The position numbers and the translations under genes were made by a program. A DNA stretch of 64,000 bases from an uncultured Anaerolineales bacterium (GTDB taxonomy: Bacteria; Chloroflexota; Anaerolineae; Anaerolineales; UBA11858), in NCBI GenBank assembly GCA_964613985.1, contig CAZTJD010000007.1:15507-79506 (forward strand), written 5' to 3'. Below, piece after piece: positions 9,998 through 19,613 of the stretch (within the stretch, counting starts at the first letter, position 1; the number at the start of each line of letters is the position of its first letter). The notes beneath the pieces are model-generated. The model did no database searches and was not told the origin of the DNA. It was given only the letters and a program-made list of their open reading frames with translations.

Positions 9998-11059
9998 TTA
10001 TTCGCTCTTTTTTACAACAAACGCTTCACCAACTTCCGAAAGGGGCCAATTGGGTAACACATCCATGTTCAAGTCATCTCTCTGTCCAGCCTGATATCGA
10101 TAACAAGCTACACCAGCAATCATCGCTGCGTTATCTGTGCACAATTCAAGAGAAGGAATATGTACCTTAAGCGGTGCCTCTTTTAAGAATGATTCTCGTA
10201 AAGCCTGGTTTGCAGATACACCCCCGGCAACCAGGATTTCTTTTGCCTTATAATCCTCAGCAGCACGCAGTGTTTTCGTTACTAGCACATCAACAACAGC
10301 TTCCTGGAAACTTGCTGCAACATCAGCAACCGGGACTTGCCTCCCCCCAGATTCATATTCATGTACTTTCCTAAGCACTGCTGTCTTCAAACCACTGAAA
10401 GAAAAATCCCAGGTGCCTTCCAGCCACGCTCTTGGAAAGGTGATTCTCGTTGGATCGCCTTCCTTCGATATCTTTTGGATCGCGGGGCCCCCCGGATACG
10501 GTAATCCCAACAATCTTGCCACCTTGTCGAAAGCCTCTCCAGCAGCATCATCGAGTGTACCACCCAGTCGCTTATAGCTTAGGTGGTCCAGCATAAGCAC
10601 AAGTTCTGTGTGCCCACCTGAAACAATCAAAGCCAAAAGGGGGAACTTAGGTTCTAATGGGATAGCATTGTCATCATCCTTTTGATATAACCAGGCAGAA
10701 TATAGATGAGCTTCCAGATGATTGATTCCAAGCAGCGGGAGTCCGCTGCCCAGGGCTAAACCCTTTGCCAGGTTAACCCCCACAACCAGCGATCCTGGCA
10801 ATCCTGGTCCTCGGGTTACTGCGATTGCATCTACATCCATAAGATCTAAATGGGCTTCCTTAAGTGCCTGATTTACAATGGGATAGATGGTCAGGACATG
10901 CTGCCGGGAAGCCACTTCTGGAAAAATCCCCCCAAATTGGGCGTGAAGATTCACCTGGGTGGCGACCAAGCTGGAAAGGATGCCGCGCCCATTTTCAACA
11001 ATTGCTGCTGCTGTTTCATCACAGGAAGTTTCAATTCCCATAATCCGTACTGTATCCAT
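9998..11059 (-). CDS. tsaD: tRNA N6-adenosine threonylcarbamoyltransferase
   Basis: GIETSCDET, HLEAH, SGGHTEL, DDAAGEAFDK, GGVSAN, CTDNAAMI. Confidence 0.97.
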   Translation of the reverse strand: MDTVRIMGIETSCDETAAAIVENGRGILSSLVATQVNLHAQFGGIFPEVASRQHVLTIYPIVNQALKEAHLDLMDVDAIAVTRGPGLPGSLVVGVNLAKGLALGSGLPLLGINHLEAHLYSAWLYQKDDDNAIPLEPKFPLLALIVSGGHTELVLMLDHLSYKRLGGTLDDAAGEAFDKVARLLGLPYPGGPAIQKISKEGDPTRITFPRAWLEGTWDFSFSGLKTAVLRKVHEYESGGRQVPVADVAASFQEAVVDVLVTKTLRAAEDYKAKEILVAGGVSANQALRESFLKEAPLKVHIPSLELCTDNAAMIAGVACYRYQAGQRDDLNMDVLPNWPLSEVGEAFVVKKSE

Positions 11060-11073
11060 AACAATATTCCAAC

Positions 11074-12315
11074 TTACTCCGAATTAATAGGTAAAATTAA
11101 ATCCAGGGGATATTCAGCAAGTATTTCAAAAGTACCATCTGCTGTTACAGTCACCGTATCTTCCAACCTGCAACCCATTCCTTTCGATGGGTAATACAAT
11201 CCTGGTTCAATGGTCATCACTGATCCTGGCACCAATGTGTCTTTCTCCGTGGCGCCACTGCCTGACCAGGGGGCTTCATGAATATGCAAACCTACTCCAT
11301 GACCCAAACTATGTACATATCCTTCTTGAATGGATTGATCACTTTTTATGGTTAGATGTCCTTGAGCTTCGAACAACTCGCAGGTCCTTTCCTGATAATT
11401 CGCAAATGGTTCGCCTACTTTCAATTCGCCTTTTATAGCCTGGTAGACCGACAAAACATCCTCGTACAGAGCCTGAACCTCTTCCAGGGCATACCCCAGA
11501 CACCAGGTTCGAGTGAAATCGTAATGATACCCACCACCGGCTTCACAGGGGAAGATGTCAAAAACGATCGTCTTCCCTAAAACAATATAATCCTGTGATT
11601 TGCCAGTGCTGTGTGGCACTCCTGAGTCATGACCAATGGCAAAGATTGTCCCGTGAGGATTTTCCACGCTTCTTTCGGCTAACCACAAATTGATCTTTCG
11701 TTTTACATCACCAATGGTCAGTGGTTGTCCATCCTTCTTCATTAAGATCTCATCTTTCACCTTATGCGAGACCAAGTAATCCGCCACCTTACCAACCACG
11801 GAGGTAGTTATTTTCCCCATTTCTCTTATGCGTTCAATTTCATCAGTATCTTTTGTTGCCATCGCCTTAAGCATTAGGGAACTTCTCGCAGATTCACCAA
11901 TGATATGAATTCCCGGCATAATCTCTTCTAGGATAGAAAACACGGCGAAACTCGTCCCGATCTCTCCCAAACCGTATACTGCCACCTTCCCCATTTCAAT
12001 GCCACAATCAAGAAACATTTGACGATAGCGGAGTGCCTGTGCTTTGATGAGATCATCTTCGGCTTCTTTCATCAATTCCTTCCAGTTATATTCAACCAGG
12101 TTTTTCGTCTTTAACCCTGTTGCTGCAGCCTCATCTCGTTCCATGGGATTATGGAAGAGCACGGGGTCACCCTCTCTGGTAAAAATTAGATCTGCACTGG
12201 TCATATGGCCGCCTCCAGTCATGTACACCATTGCCGGGTTGTGCTGCCCCGATCCGGTAACCAGGATGGCTTCGTAGCCTTTCACCTCCATTAAGGAAAT
12301 CAGATCAGATTTCAT
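11074..12315 (-). CDS. Xaa-Pro aminopeptidase family (M24) metallopeptidase
   Basis: FDIFP, YDFTRT, HSLGHGVGLHIHE, TIEPGLY, RLED metal-ligand motifs. Confidence 0.92.
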   Translation of the reverse strand: MKSDLISLMEVKGYEAILVTGSGQHNPAMVYMTGGGHMTSADLIFTREGDPVLFHNPMERDEAAATGLKTKNLVEYNWKELMKEAEDDLIKAQALRYRQMFLDCGIEMGKVAVYGLGEIGTSFAVFSILEEIMPGIHIIGESARSSLMLKAMATKDTDEIERIREMGKITTSVVGKVADYLVSHKVKDEILMKKDGQPLTIGDVKRKINLWLAERSVENPHGTIFAIGHDSGVPHSTGKSQDYIVLGKTIVFDIFPCEAGGGYHYDFTRTWCLGYALEEVQALYEDVLSVYQAIKGELKVGEPFANYQERTCELFEAQGHLTIKSDQSIQEGYVHSLGHGVGLHIHEAPWSGSGATEKDTLVPGSVMTIEPGLYYPSKGMGCRLEDTVTVTADGTFEILAEYPLDLILPINSE

Positions 12316-12395
12316 AATATTTCACCTCTTGATTTTATTCAGAAACTGGGCGAGTTATTTGCACTATTCGCCATTTTTCAATGATTACGAAGATA

Positions 12396-13226
12396 TCATC
12401 TTACTTGCTGCACGATCTTTAGCACCTGCATTCGGGTAAGTTTTTCCTGTCCATTCTCTAATACATCTAATGTCGCCTCAGCCAACAAAAGCGGTATTTC
12501 TACCAGGTACTTGAAGGCATCTCTGGACATATCCTGAACCCCTTCTCGAGCATATGCCAGGTTTCTCCTGGCATAAACAAACATCTGTTTCCTAGTCCAA
12601 CCTTGAGGATAATAATCCACTTTTCGCGACAGGTCGTCTCTTCTGTTTCGTAATATATTTACTGCCTGCAGTCCGCGACCAAAGTGGATGGCCGCGTTTC
12701 GATCAATCTGGGTGCCATCAAACCAGGCCCAAATATCACAAAGTAAAAGTCCGACTGCACCTGCTACGCTATAGGTATAAGCATCCAAGTCCATCTCTGT
12801 GCGCATTTCCCAGTTTCGTTCAACCCACTGCGCCATTCGGTCAGCCATCGCTGCGGTTGCATCCCATATCCTGGGGGAGATAATTTGAGGAGCATAATAA
12901 GCCCATTCGCCAATCCTCAAGGTAACCTCTGGCAGTATATTTCCAAAAGGTTTGAAGGCTGCTTCTAATTCAAATAATACTCGATTATTAATGGTCGTCT
13001 GACTTTGCATGATTAAGCCGACCTGTCGAAGAAGCATTGCTTTATCTGAACTCCCAAGTTCCTGGTGATCCTCAATCTCATCAATCGCTCGCATACACAA
13101 ATATGCTGCTGCAATTGTTTCTTTTAATATCCCAGGCAGACGAGTCACAGGTATGTAGAACGTTCGGCTTGTTTCCTTTAAAACCCGCATAACATCTTTA
13201 CTTAATTCCATATTGCGCCTCATCAA
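12396..13226 (-). CDS. Squalene/phytoene synthase family protein
   Basis: TSRTF, YLCMRAIDEIED Asp-rich motif, YTYSVAGAVG, GRGLQAVNILR..DD. Confidence 0.85.
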   Translation of the reverse strand: MMRRNMELSKDVMRVLKETSRTFYIPVTRLPGILKETIAAAYLCMRAIDEIEDHQELGSSDKAMLLRQVGLIMQSQTTINNRVLFELEAAFKPFGNILPEVTLRIGEWAYYAPQIISPRIWDATAAMADRMAQWVERNWEMRTEMDLDAYTYSVAGAVGLLLCDIWAWFDGTQIDRNAAIHFGRGLQAVNILRNRRDDLSRKVDYYPQGWTRKQMFVYARRNLAYAREGVQDMSRDAFKYLVEIPLLLAEATLDVLENGQEKLTRMQVLKIVQQVR

Positions 13227-13374
13227 AGTAAACTTGTTTCTTATTTACATCGCCATGTCAGAAATATAATAAGCATATATGATATATCACAATACTTTGC
13301 ATTCATCAGTATTTTTATGTTCAATCTTTATAGATAAGTTGACAAAAATTACTAGCCAACCAATCTTCATTAGT

Positions 13375-14733
13375 CTAGGAACTGGGTACCAATTTCCTCA
13401 AGACTTCAATCAACAAAGTATCTTGATGGGATCGTACTGTACGAGGATCCAGGACAACCAGATCGTCCTGGATCCTAGCGATAATTGGTGGATTCTGTTC
13501 TCTAAAAACTGCCAGCATTCTTGTTGGATTCTGGACTCGCAGAGCAAGTAGCGCAGTACTCAAGGTCTGCCCGGGGAGGGAACCGCCTCCAATAGTCGAT
13601 TCTCCTACGATTACCTCCCCAAATCCAATCTTTTCTGACCAAGATAAAGCCCTATTTCGAAGTGTTTCCTCCTGTGCAGTGATCATCTGCCATATAGGAA
13701 TTTCTTCGAAAACCTCTCCTTTTAGATAGTGTGTCAATGTTGCTGACAACCCTGATAAAGCCAACTTATCTGCGCGGATCGCTCTTGCCAAGGGATGTTT
13801 TTTCAATCTGTCGATTAAATCTCCACGCCCGACGACGATTCCTGCTTGAGGACCGCCTAATAGCTTATCACCAGAGAAAGTCACAAGATCAGCCCCTCCT
13901 ACTAACGTCTCTTGGACAGTGGGTTCATGATCAAGGCCAAAAGGAGTTGTGTCGATCAGGGTACCCGATCCAAGGTCTTCAATCAGGGGGATATCGGCAG
14001 CATGACTGACTTGAGCTACTTCTTCAAGGGAGGGTTCTGTATGAAAACCAACGATGGCAAAGTTTGAACGGTGAACCCGCATGACCAACTTGATCGGTTG
14101 CTGGTCAATTGCCTGCTGATAATCTCGCAGATGGACTCGGTTGGTCGTCCCAATTTCAACTAACTTGGCACCAGATTGAACCATTACATCCGGTATCCGA
14201 AATCCACCACCAATTTCAACCAGCTGGGTCCTGGATATCAACACCCGCCTTCGCTTGGCCAGGGCAGTCAAGCAAAGTAATACTGCAGAGGCATTATTGT
14301 TCACCACGAGGGCAGCCTCAGCACCAGTTAATTTCGTTAAAAATCTTTCTGCATGGACTAGCCTGCTGCCCCTTTTGCCCTGTTCAAGATCATATTCCAG
14401 GTTAGAATACCCTTTCGCCACTTCAGCTATTGCCTGGATCGTTGCGTTGCTGAGAGGGGCACGTCCCAGGTTTGTGTGGATAATTACCCCGGTGGCATTG
14501 ATTACGGTTTTTATCGTCGAGGAAGCCCAATCATTTAGTATATTACCTACAAATTCGAGGATTTCACCTACCTCCGGCAAATATTTCCTATCACGAAAAG
14601 TTGACCTTACTCCATCTAGTGCTGTACGAAAAGCATCTGTTGTTAATTCGTGTCCGTATTGATCAATAAATTCTCGCCCCTCCTGGGTATTCAATAATTT
14701 ATCGACGGATGGTAGATTTCTTAATTCAGACAC
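13375..14733 (-). CDS. selA: L-seryl-tRNA(Sec) selenium transferase
   Basis: VINATGVIIHTNLGRAPL, VNNNASA, EIGGGFRIPD, EIGTTNR, FSGDKLLGGPQAG. Confidence 0.96.
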   Translation of the reverse strand: MSELRNLPSVDKLLNTQEGREFIDQYGHELTTDAFRTALDGVRSTFRDRKYLPEVGEILEFVGNILNDWASSTIKTVINATGVIIHTNLGRAPLSNATIQAIAEVAKGYSNLEYDLEQGKRGSRLVHAERFLTKLTGAEAALVVNNNASAVLLCLTALAKRRRVLISRTQLVEIGGGFRIPDVMVQSGAKLVEIGTTNRVHLRDYQQAIDQQPIKLVMRVHRSNFAIVGFHTEPSLEEVAQVSHAADIPLIEDLGSGTLIDTTPFGLDHEPTVQETLVGGADLVTFSGDKLLGGPQAGIVVGRGDLIDRLKKHPLARAIRADKLALSGLSATLTHYLKGEVFEEIPIWQMITAQEETLRNRALSWSEKIGFGEVIVGESTIGGGSLPGQTLSTALLALRVQNPTRMLAVFREQNPPIIARIQDDLVVLDPRTVRSHQDTLLIEVLRKLVPSS

Positions 14734-14739
14734 TGCACC

Positions 14740-15129
14740 TCACGGTTCCCAACGGCTTCTTTCTCGCAGACGGATAAGTAATTCCACCAAGATCAAGCCA
14801 GCTGCCAATAATAACCCCAAGCCTAGGGTCAAGACACGACCTAATTGCAGCCAGGAAAGGGTCGCAAAATAAATCCCCACCAAGGAAGCTTCACGGACAA
14901 CCACGACCCTTTGCGCTGGTGGATTGGTAGGAAAACGTATGTTTAGAAAAGCTGTCAGTGGTAGAAATAATCCAGTAGCTGCTAAGACACAGAAAAAGAA
15001 AAACAACCAACGAGGTCCAGGGGTTGGCAAGGTATATAGGATAAGATACGCCAGGCCAAACAGACCTGTAACGCTTAACAGAAAAGCTGCTGGAAGATAT
15101 TTTTTAATGGATGGGGAAGACATGGTCAT
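14740..15129 (-). CDS. Hypothetical membrane protein
   Basis: 129 aa with about 4 hydrophobic segments. Stop codon is 6 nt from the selA start, so probably co-transcribed. Confidence 0.75.
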   Translation of the reverse strand: MTMSSPSIKKYLPAAFLLSVTGLFGLAYLILYTLPTPGPRWLFFFFCVLAATGLFLPLTAFLNIRFPTNPPAQRVVVVREASLVGIYFATLSWLQLGRVLTLGLGLLLAAGLILVELLIRLRERSRWEP

Positions 15130-15334
15130 CGATTATAAATTATGTACGGAAAAATTAACCTCACAAAACAAAATCGGCTTATAGAATTATTTGTTTTTGT
15201 TTCCTCCAGATTCTAACATAGGCTTGGAAAATAATCCTCCTATTCTCATATATTTCGGTTTTTTTCTTCCGGAAATGTCTGGAAATAAAATGGACTCGGT
15301 TATTATCGTGATCAAATATCCCGAGATTTAGTAA

Positions 15335-15889
15335 CATCTTGACCATAGTAATCTGGCTTCACCCATAACGGACTGGAAAGGGGAGTACGAACACTTTAAG
15401 AATTGATGCCAGCTGGATGAAATCCGGGAGAAATGGATTGATCAAAAACAGAAAATCGAGGAACTCCCGATAAACAGGGATTGCTTTGGTCTCATTCATA
15501 ACGATCTCCACCCGTGGAATTTCCTGGTCGCAAAAGATGGGAAAATTTCTATCATCGATTTTGATGTCTGTGCTTTCCATTTCTTCATGAAGAATATTGC
15601 AATTGCTCTCTTTTTTGCGAATTGGATCGGGAATCCTGGAAAAGAGCACTCAAAAGACGATTTTCTCACCACCTTTATACAAAACTTTATTAAAGGTTAC
15701 CAGAAAGAAAATGAACTGGAGGATTACCGGTATAGACAACTCCCCATCTTCCTGAAACACCACCAAATTTTATTATTCATCGTTTTCAGCGATGAGTGGA
15801 AATATCCTAACAAGTGGCAGTCAATCACACTTCAAAAGTGGAAGCGGCAGATTTTAACTGATACCCCAGTATTTAAAATACTTATCTAA
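15335..15889 (+). pseudogene. 5'-truncated aminoglycoside-phosphotransferase/kinase-like (APH family) remnant
   Basis: One frame reads ...FKN*(TGA 15404)CQLDE...FGLIHNDLHPWNFLV..ISIIDFD (HxDxxxxN and DFD kinase motifs) to TAA at 15889. Upstream TAG-TAA at 15329-15334 and no N-terminal lobe. Confidence 0.75.
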
Positions 15890-16316
15890 GTAAAATTCAT
15901 TAAACAAAATTGTTTCAATCCGGCACAAAACTAATGGGGTTATGAATTCCCAGTCAAATGATATTGATAACACAAACAGTGAGTAGGAAATCTAGCACGA
16001 TAATATCAACCGGTTTCTTTTTTGGTCGTCATTATCAAATTAATGGGAAAATACGTTTACTTGAGAAGTTCCCAGCCCTGTATTGTTGCAAGACTTCCTC
16101 GAACTCAACATATCAGCGAATATTCAAGGATTCCACTCACCCAGAAAGGTGATAATTTTCCGCGAAAAACAGATATCTCCTTGATATAGTATATGTCGGA
16201 AAAAACTGATTCAGAAAACTGAATCTCAGTCTCCAAAACACACAGAGAATAAGCGGATAATTTTTTAAGATCAATACCCCCACCCCTGGGTTTGTGATCC
16301 TAAATACAACCAACAA

Positions 16317-16365
16317 TCCCTATATGTGGGGGCTTACAACTTATTTATCCCCCTATGTCTGGGTA
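16317..16365. promoter_or_regulatory. Tandem NrdR-box-like motifs upstream of dnaA
   Basis: CCCTATATGTGGG (16318) and CCCTATGTCTGGG (16351), 33 bp apart, resembling the NrdR consensus acaCwAtATaTwGtg. Confidence 0.4.
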
Positions 16366-16686
16366 TCTATAGAAATTTATTTAACTCGAAAATTACTGGA
16401 AAAACGAAGGTTTTCTTTAAGATTAGGATTCTTAAAAAGTCGATATTTTTTAGAGTACCGTAGGGTAAAACGCTTGTATAACTTAATGTTTTTAAGTTAA
16501 AATATCTTCGCTTCAAGAGACAAAATAAATAGGGGTCACCCTTAAATAATTTACTTATCGGGCTCTAATCAAACTGCATCATTAGATTAGGTCATCTCAT
16601 CCTACTTAATTGGTGAGTTGTTCGTTTCGCATTTCTTATTCGTAGATTAGTTGGCTTGAAGAATATTATCGTTGAGGAGACATGAC

Positions 16687-18021
16687 ATGAAAGCTGCTCG
16701 AGCTTGGCGTGCTGCCCAAGGGCAATTACAAATGGAAATGCCGAAAGCCGCTTTCGACACTTGGGTAAAAGATACCGAACTACTTTCTTATGAAGATGGT
16801 TTTTTTACCATTGGTGTTCATAATGCATATGCTCGTGATTGGCTGGAGAGTCGCTTATCCAGCACGATAAAGAGGCACCTGACAGGGATAATGAACCGTT
16901 CTGTGGATGTCCGATTCGTCGTCTGGCAAGATGTAGAACAAAAAATAGAAAACCCTGAAAGAATTCAAGAAATAACAGAGTCAACTCTTGAATATTACCC
17001 GCCTTCACTCAACGGGAAATACACATTTAACAATTTTGTTGTTGGTCCAAGCAACCGGTTAGCCCATGCCGCATCCTTAGCAGTAGCTGAAAACCCTTTC
17101 CAGTCTTACAACCCACTTTTCCTCTATGGCGGGGTCGGCTTGGGAAAGACCCATCTCCTCCATGCAATTGGAAACTGCTGCGCTCAATCTGGATTATCCA
17201 TTCTCTACGTTTCTTCTGAAGAGTTCACCAATGACCTTATCAATGCAATCCGGACTCATACTACCCAGGCCTTCAGGGAAAAATACCGCTGCATAGATGT
17301 TCTCCTCATTGATGATATCCAATTTATTGCCGGAAAAGAATCAACCCAGGAAGAATTTTTCCACACATTTAACACCCTCCATGGTCAAGATAAGCAGATA
17401 GTAATGACTTCGGACCGACCGCCAAAAGCGATGGTCACACTCGAGGAACGTCTGCGTTCCCGATTTGAATGGGGATTAGCTGCTGATATTCAACCTCCAG
17501 ATTTTGAAACAAGAATCGCCATTTTACGGTCAAAAGCGGAACGAACGAATTACAACATACCCGATGAAATTATCGAGATAATCGCTAGAAAATTCCAATC
17601 CAACATTCGCGAATTGGAAGGAGCTTTGATTCGCATTGTCGCTTATTCCGACCTCCGAGGAATGGATCTGACAACAGAGGTCGCCAGTGTAGCACTGGCA
17701 GACATGCTCCCCCATCGGACTGAGGTTGAACCTGAACAAATAATTAACACAGTTGCCGATGCCTACGGACTGTCAAAAGAAAGGATGTTAGGACGTGATC
17801 GATCTCGCCAGGTTGCATTTCCGCGTCAGATTGCCATGTACCTGCTAAGGGAGGAGGCAAACATTTCTTTACCAAAAATTGGTGAAACACTAGGAGGCAG
17901 GGACCATACTACTGTGATGTATGGATGTGACAAAATTGCTGACCTCCTTGAACGTGATGATAAAATCCGGCGTGAAATTATCGAAATTAAAGAGCGTCTT
18001 TACGGTCAAAAGCCTCGATAA
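16687..18021 (+). CDS. dnaA: Chromosomal replication initiator protein
   Basis: YTFNNFVVG.SN, Walker A GGVGLGKTH, LLIDDIQF, RSRFEWGL, domain IV RQIAMYL..GGRDHTTV. GAGGAG RBS 7 nt before the ATG at 16687. Confidence 0.97.
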   Translation: MKAARAWRAAQGQLQMEMPKAAFDTWVKDTELLSYEDGFFTIGVHNAYARDWLESRLSSTIKRHLTGIMNRSVDVRFVVWQDVEQKIENPERIQEITESTLEYYPPSLNGKYTFNNFVVGPSNRLAHAASLAVAENPFQSYNPLFLYGGVGLGKTHLLHAIGNCCAQSGLSILYVSSEEFTNDLINAIRTHTTQAFREKYRCIDVLLIDDIQFIAGKESTQEEFFHTFNTLHGQDKQIVMTSDRPPKAMVTLEERLRSRFEWGLAADIQPPDFETRIAILRSKAERTNYNIPDEIIEIIARKFQSNIRELEGALIRIVAYSDLRGMDLTTEVASVALADMLPHRTEVEPEQIINTVADAYGLSKERMLGRDRSRQVAFPRQIAMYLLREEANISLPKIGETLGGRDHTTVMYGCDKIADLLERDDKIRREIIEIKERLYGQKPR

Positions 18022-18055
18022 GATCAGAACTTTTTTCGTTTAGGTGCAATATCAA

Positions 18056-18096
18056 GAACCATCCGAAATAAACCCATTTTATGCGGATGGTTTTTT
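18056..18096 (+). terminator. Intrinsic terminator after dnaA
   Basis: AACCATCCG...CGGATGGTT stem followed by a T run. Confidence 0.7.
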
Positions 18097-18181
18097 TATT
18101 CCTTGACTAGCATATTGTTATTAGGTTTTCTACAAGTGAAAAATATCTGGGAATTTTCCCGAGGTTATCCCCATTTCCTTT

Positions 18182-19411
18182 TTATTTCTTCTCTTTCATC
18201 CATTTTCTTAATTTCATAATCCCAGATAGAATCCGATCTTTTAACTTTGACCCCAGATAACCAACATCTGCCTCAATATCATCTTCTGCAGGCCAGGGAT
18301 CAAGATCTACCATTTTGCGAATAATGTATCTACCTAGCATCGTAATACTTGCCAGTCCTGGAGCTGCAATAAAAACACCCACAATACCTAACATACTGAA
18401 TCCGATTAAAGCAGCCAGTAAAACGGCCGCTGGATGAACCCCTATGCTCCGTCCCATGATTCGCGGAGAGATAATACTATCGAGAATCTGATCCATTACG
18501 AAAACAATTGATACAACCAGTATAAGATAATTCACTGTGTTTAAACCAAAATAATTAGATTTCTGGAATACCAATACAAGCAGCAAAACTACCCAGTTGA
18601 TCCATTGACCAACATAAGGGACAAAACGAGCTAAACCTGATAACAAGGCCAGGGCAAAGACATAGCGCACACCTAGAATCGTAAATAAAATGGTGTAAAT
18701 TACAACTGAAAGGGTGAACATAATCATCTGACCGCGTAGAAACGCGTTCCAGATTCGACTTAATTCACGCAGGATGCGTCTGATATCAGAGTCATATCCT
18801 GGCAGCTCAATCTGCACAATTTGGTCTGGCACTCGTCTGATGTCCGCTAAGATAAAATAAGAAAGAATGAGAATGAGGAATCCCCAACCAATGGTTGTAG
18901 CTGTACCGGATGCAATCGATCCAAAAAGACCACCTGCTCGGCCAAGAACTGGCTGAACAAAGCCCAACAATTTCTGTAAGGAAGATTCAATATTTGAGGT
19001 ATCCAAATACTGAGACATATCAATTCGAAATGGGCCGATCATAAAGATCCGGGTTGAAAACGTTGACACCATTTCCGGTAATTCATTAATAAAACGCTCG
19101 ATAACATCGATCAGGCTTTGGAACTGCTGAACAACAGCTACACCAGTCAAAGTCATCACAGACAAAGAAAATACCACCAAAATAATAAAAATGATGTTAA
19201 CCGACCATCGCCAGGAGAGTCCCGTGACCCTACTCAATCGATCAACAAGGGGATGCAATAAATAGATTAGAATAAAAGTAAGGATTAGAGGGGATATGAA
19301 AGTTCTGAATCGGATAATAATTCCAGCAACGATCGCCACAAGAGTCAATCCCACGATCAATTTTATATTAGTTCCCCATGTGGGTGACTTATTTATAGAA
19401 TCAGAGTTCAT
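18182..19411 (-). CDS. AI-2E (PerM) family transporter
   Basis: LHPLV, FLRGQ, FVPYVG, ISPRIMGRSIGVHP..VLLAALIG motifs; multi-TM. Confidence 0.9.
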   Translation of the reverse strand: MNSDSINKSPTWGTNIKLIVGLTLVAIVAGIIIRFRTFISPLILTFILIYLLHPLVDRLSRVTGLSWRWSVNIIFIILVVFSLSVMTLTGVAVVQQFQSLIDVIERFINELPEMVSTFSTRIFMIGPFRIDMSQYLDTSNIESSLQKLLGFVQPVLGRAGGLFGSIASGTATTIGWGFLILILSYFILADIRRVPDQIVQIELPGYDSDIRRILRELSRIWNAFLRGQMIMFTLSVVIYTILFTILGVRYVFALALLSGLARFVPYVGQWINWVVLLLVLVFQKSNYFGLNTVNYLILVVSIVFVMDQILDSIISPRIMGRSIGVHPAAVLLAALIGFSMLGIVGVFIAAPGLASITMLGRYIIRKMVDLDPWPAEDDIEADVGYLGSKLKDRILSGIMKLRKWMKEKK

Positions 19412-19613
19412 ATCTCGTCTTGCATCATAAAGTACGGTATCATGACAATGAAATGATCACGGTCATTCAACCAGAATTGTTACAAGGATATCGCTAAGGA
19501 ATATCAATCATTCCAAATTCATTAAAGGTTTTCTTAATCATGACTGCTTGACATCTCATGAAACCATAAAACCTCCTAGAAAAATGGTTTCCATTTATAA
19601 GAGAAAATCGTGT

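Noticed and set aside
15404-15406. Selenocysteine codon in the kinase-like frame
   Set aside because: The frame is closed by TAG-TAA 70 nt upstream, has no start codon and lacks half the fold. A TGG-to-TGA change explains it more simply.
17355-17363. DnaA-box consensus match TTTTCCACA inside dnaA
   Set aside because: It is forced by the conserved FFHTFN coding sequence and is a single isolated site.
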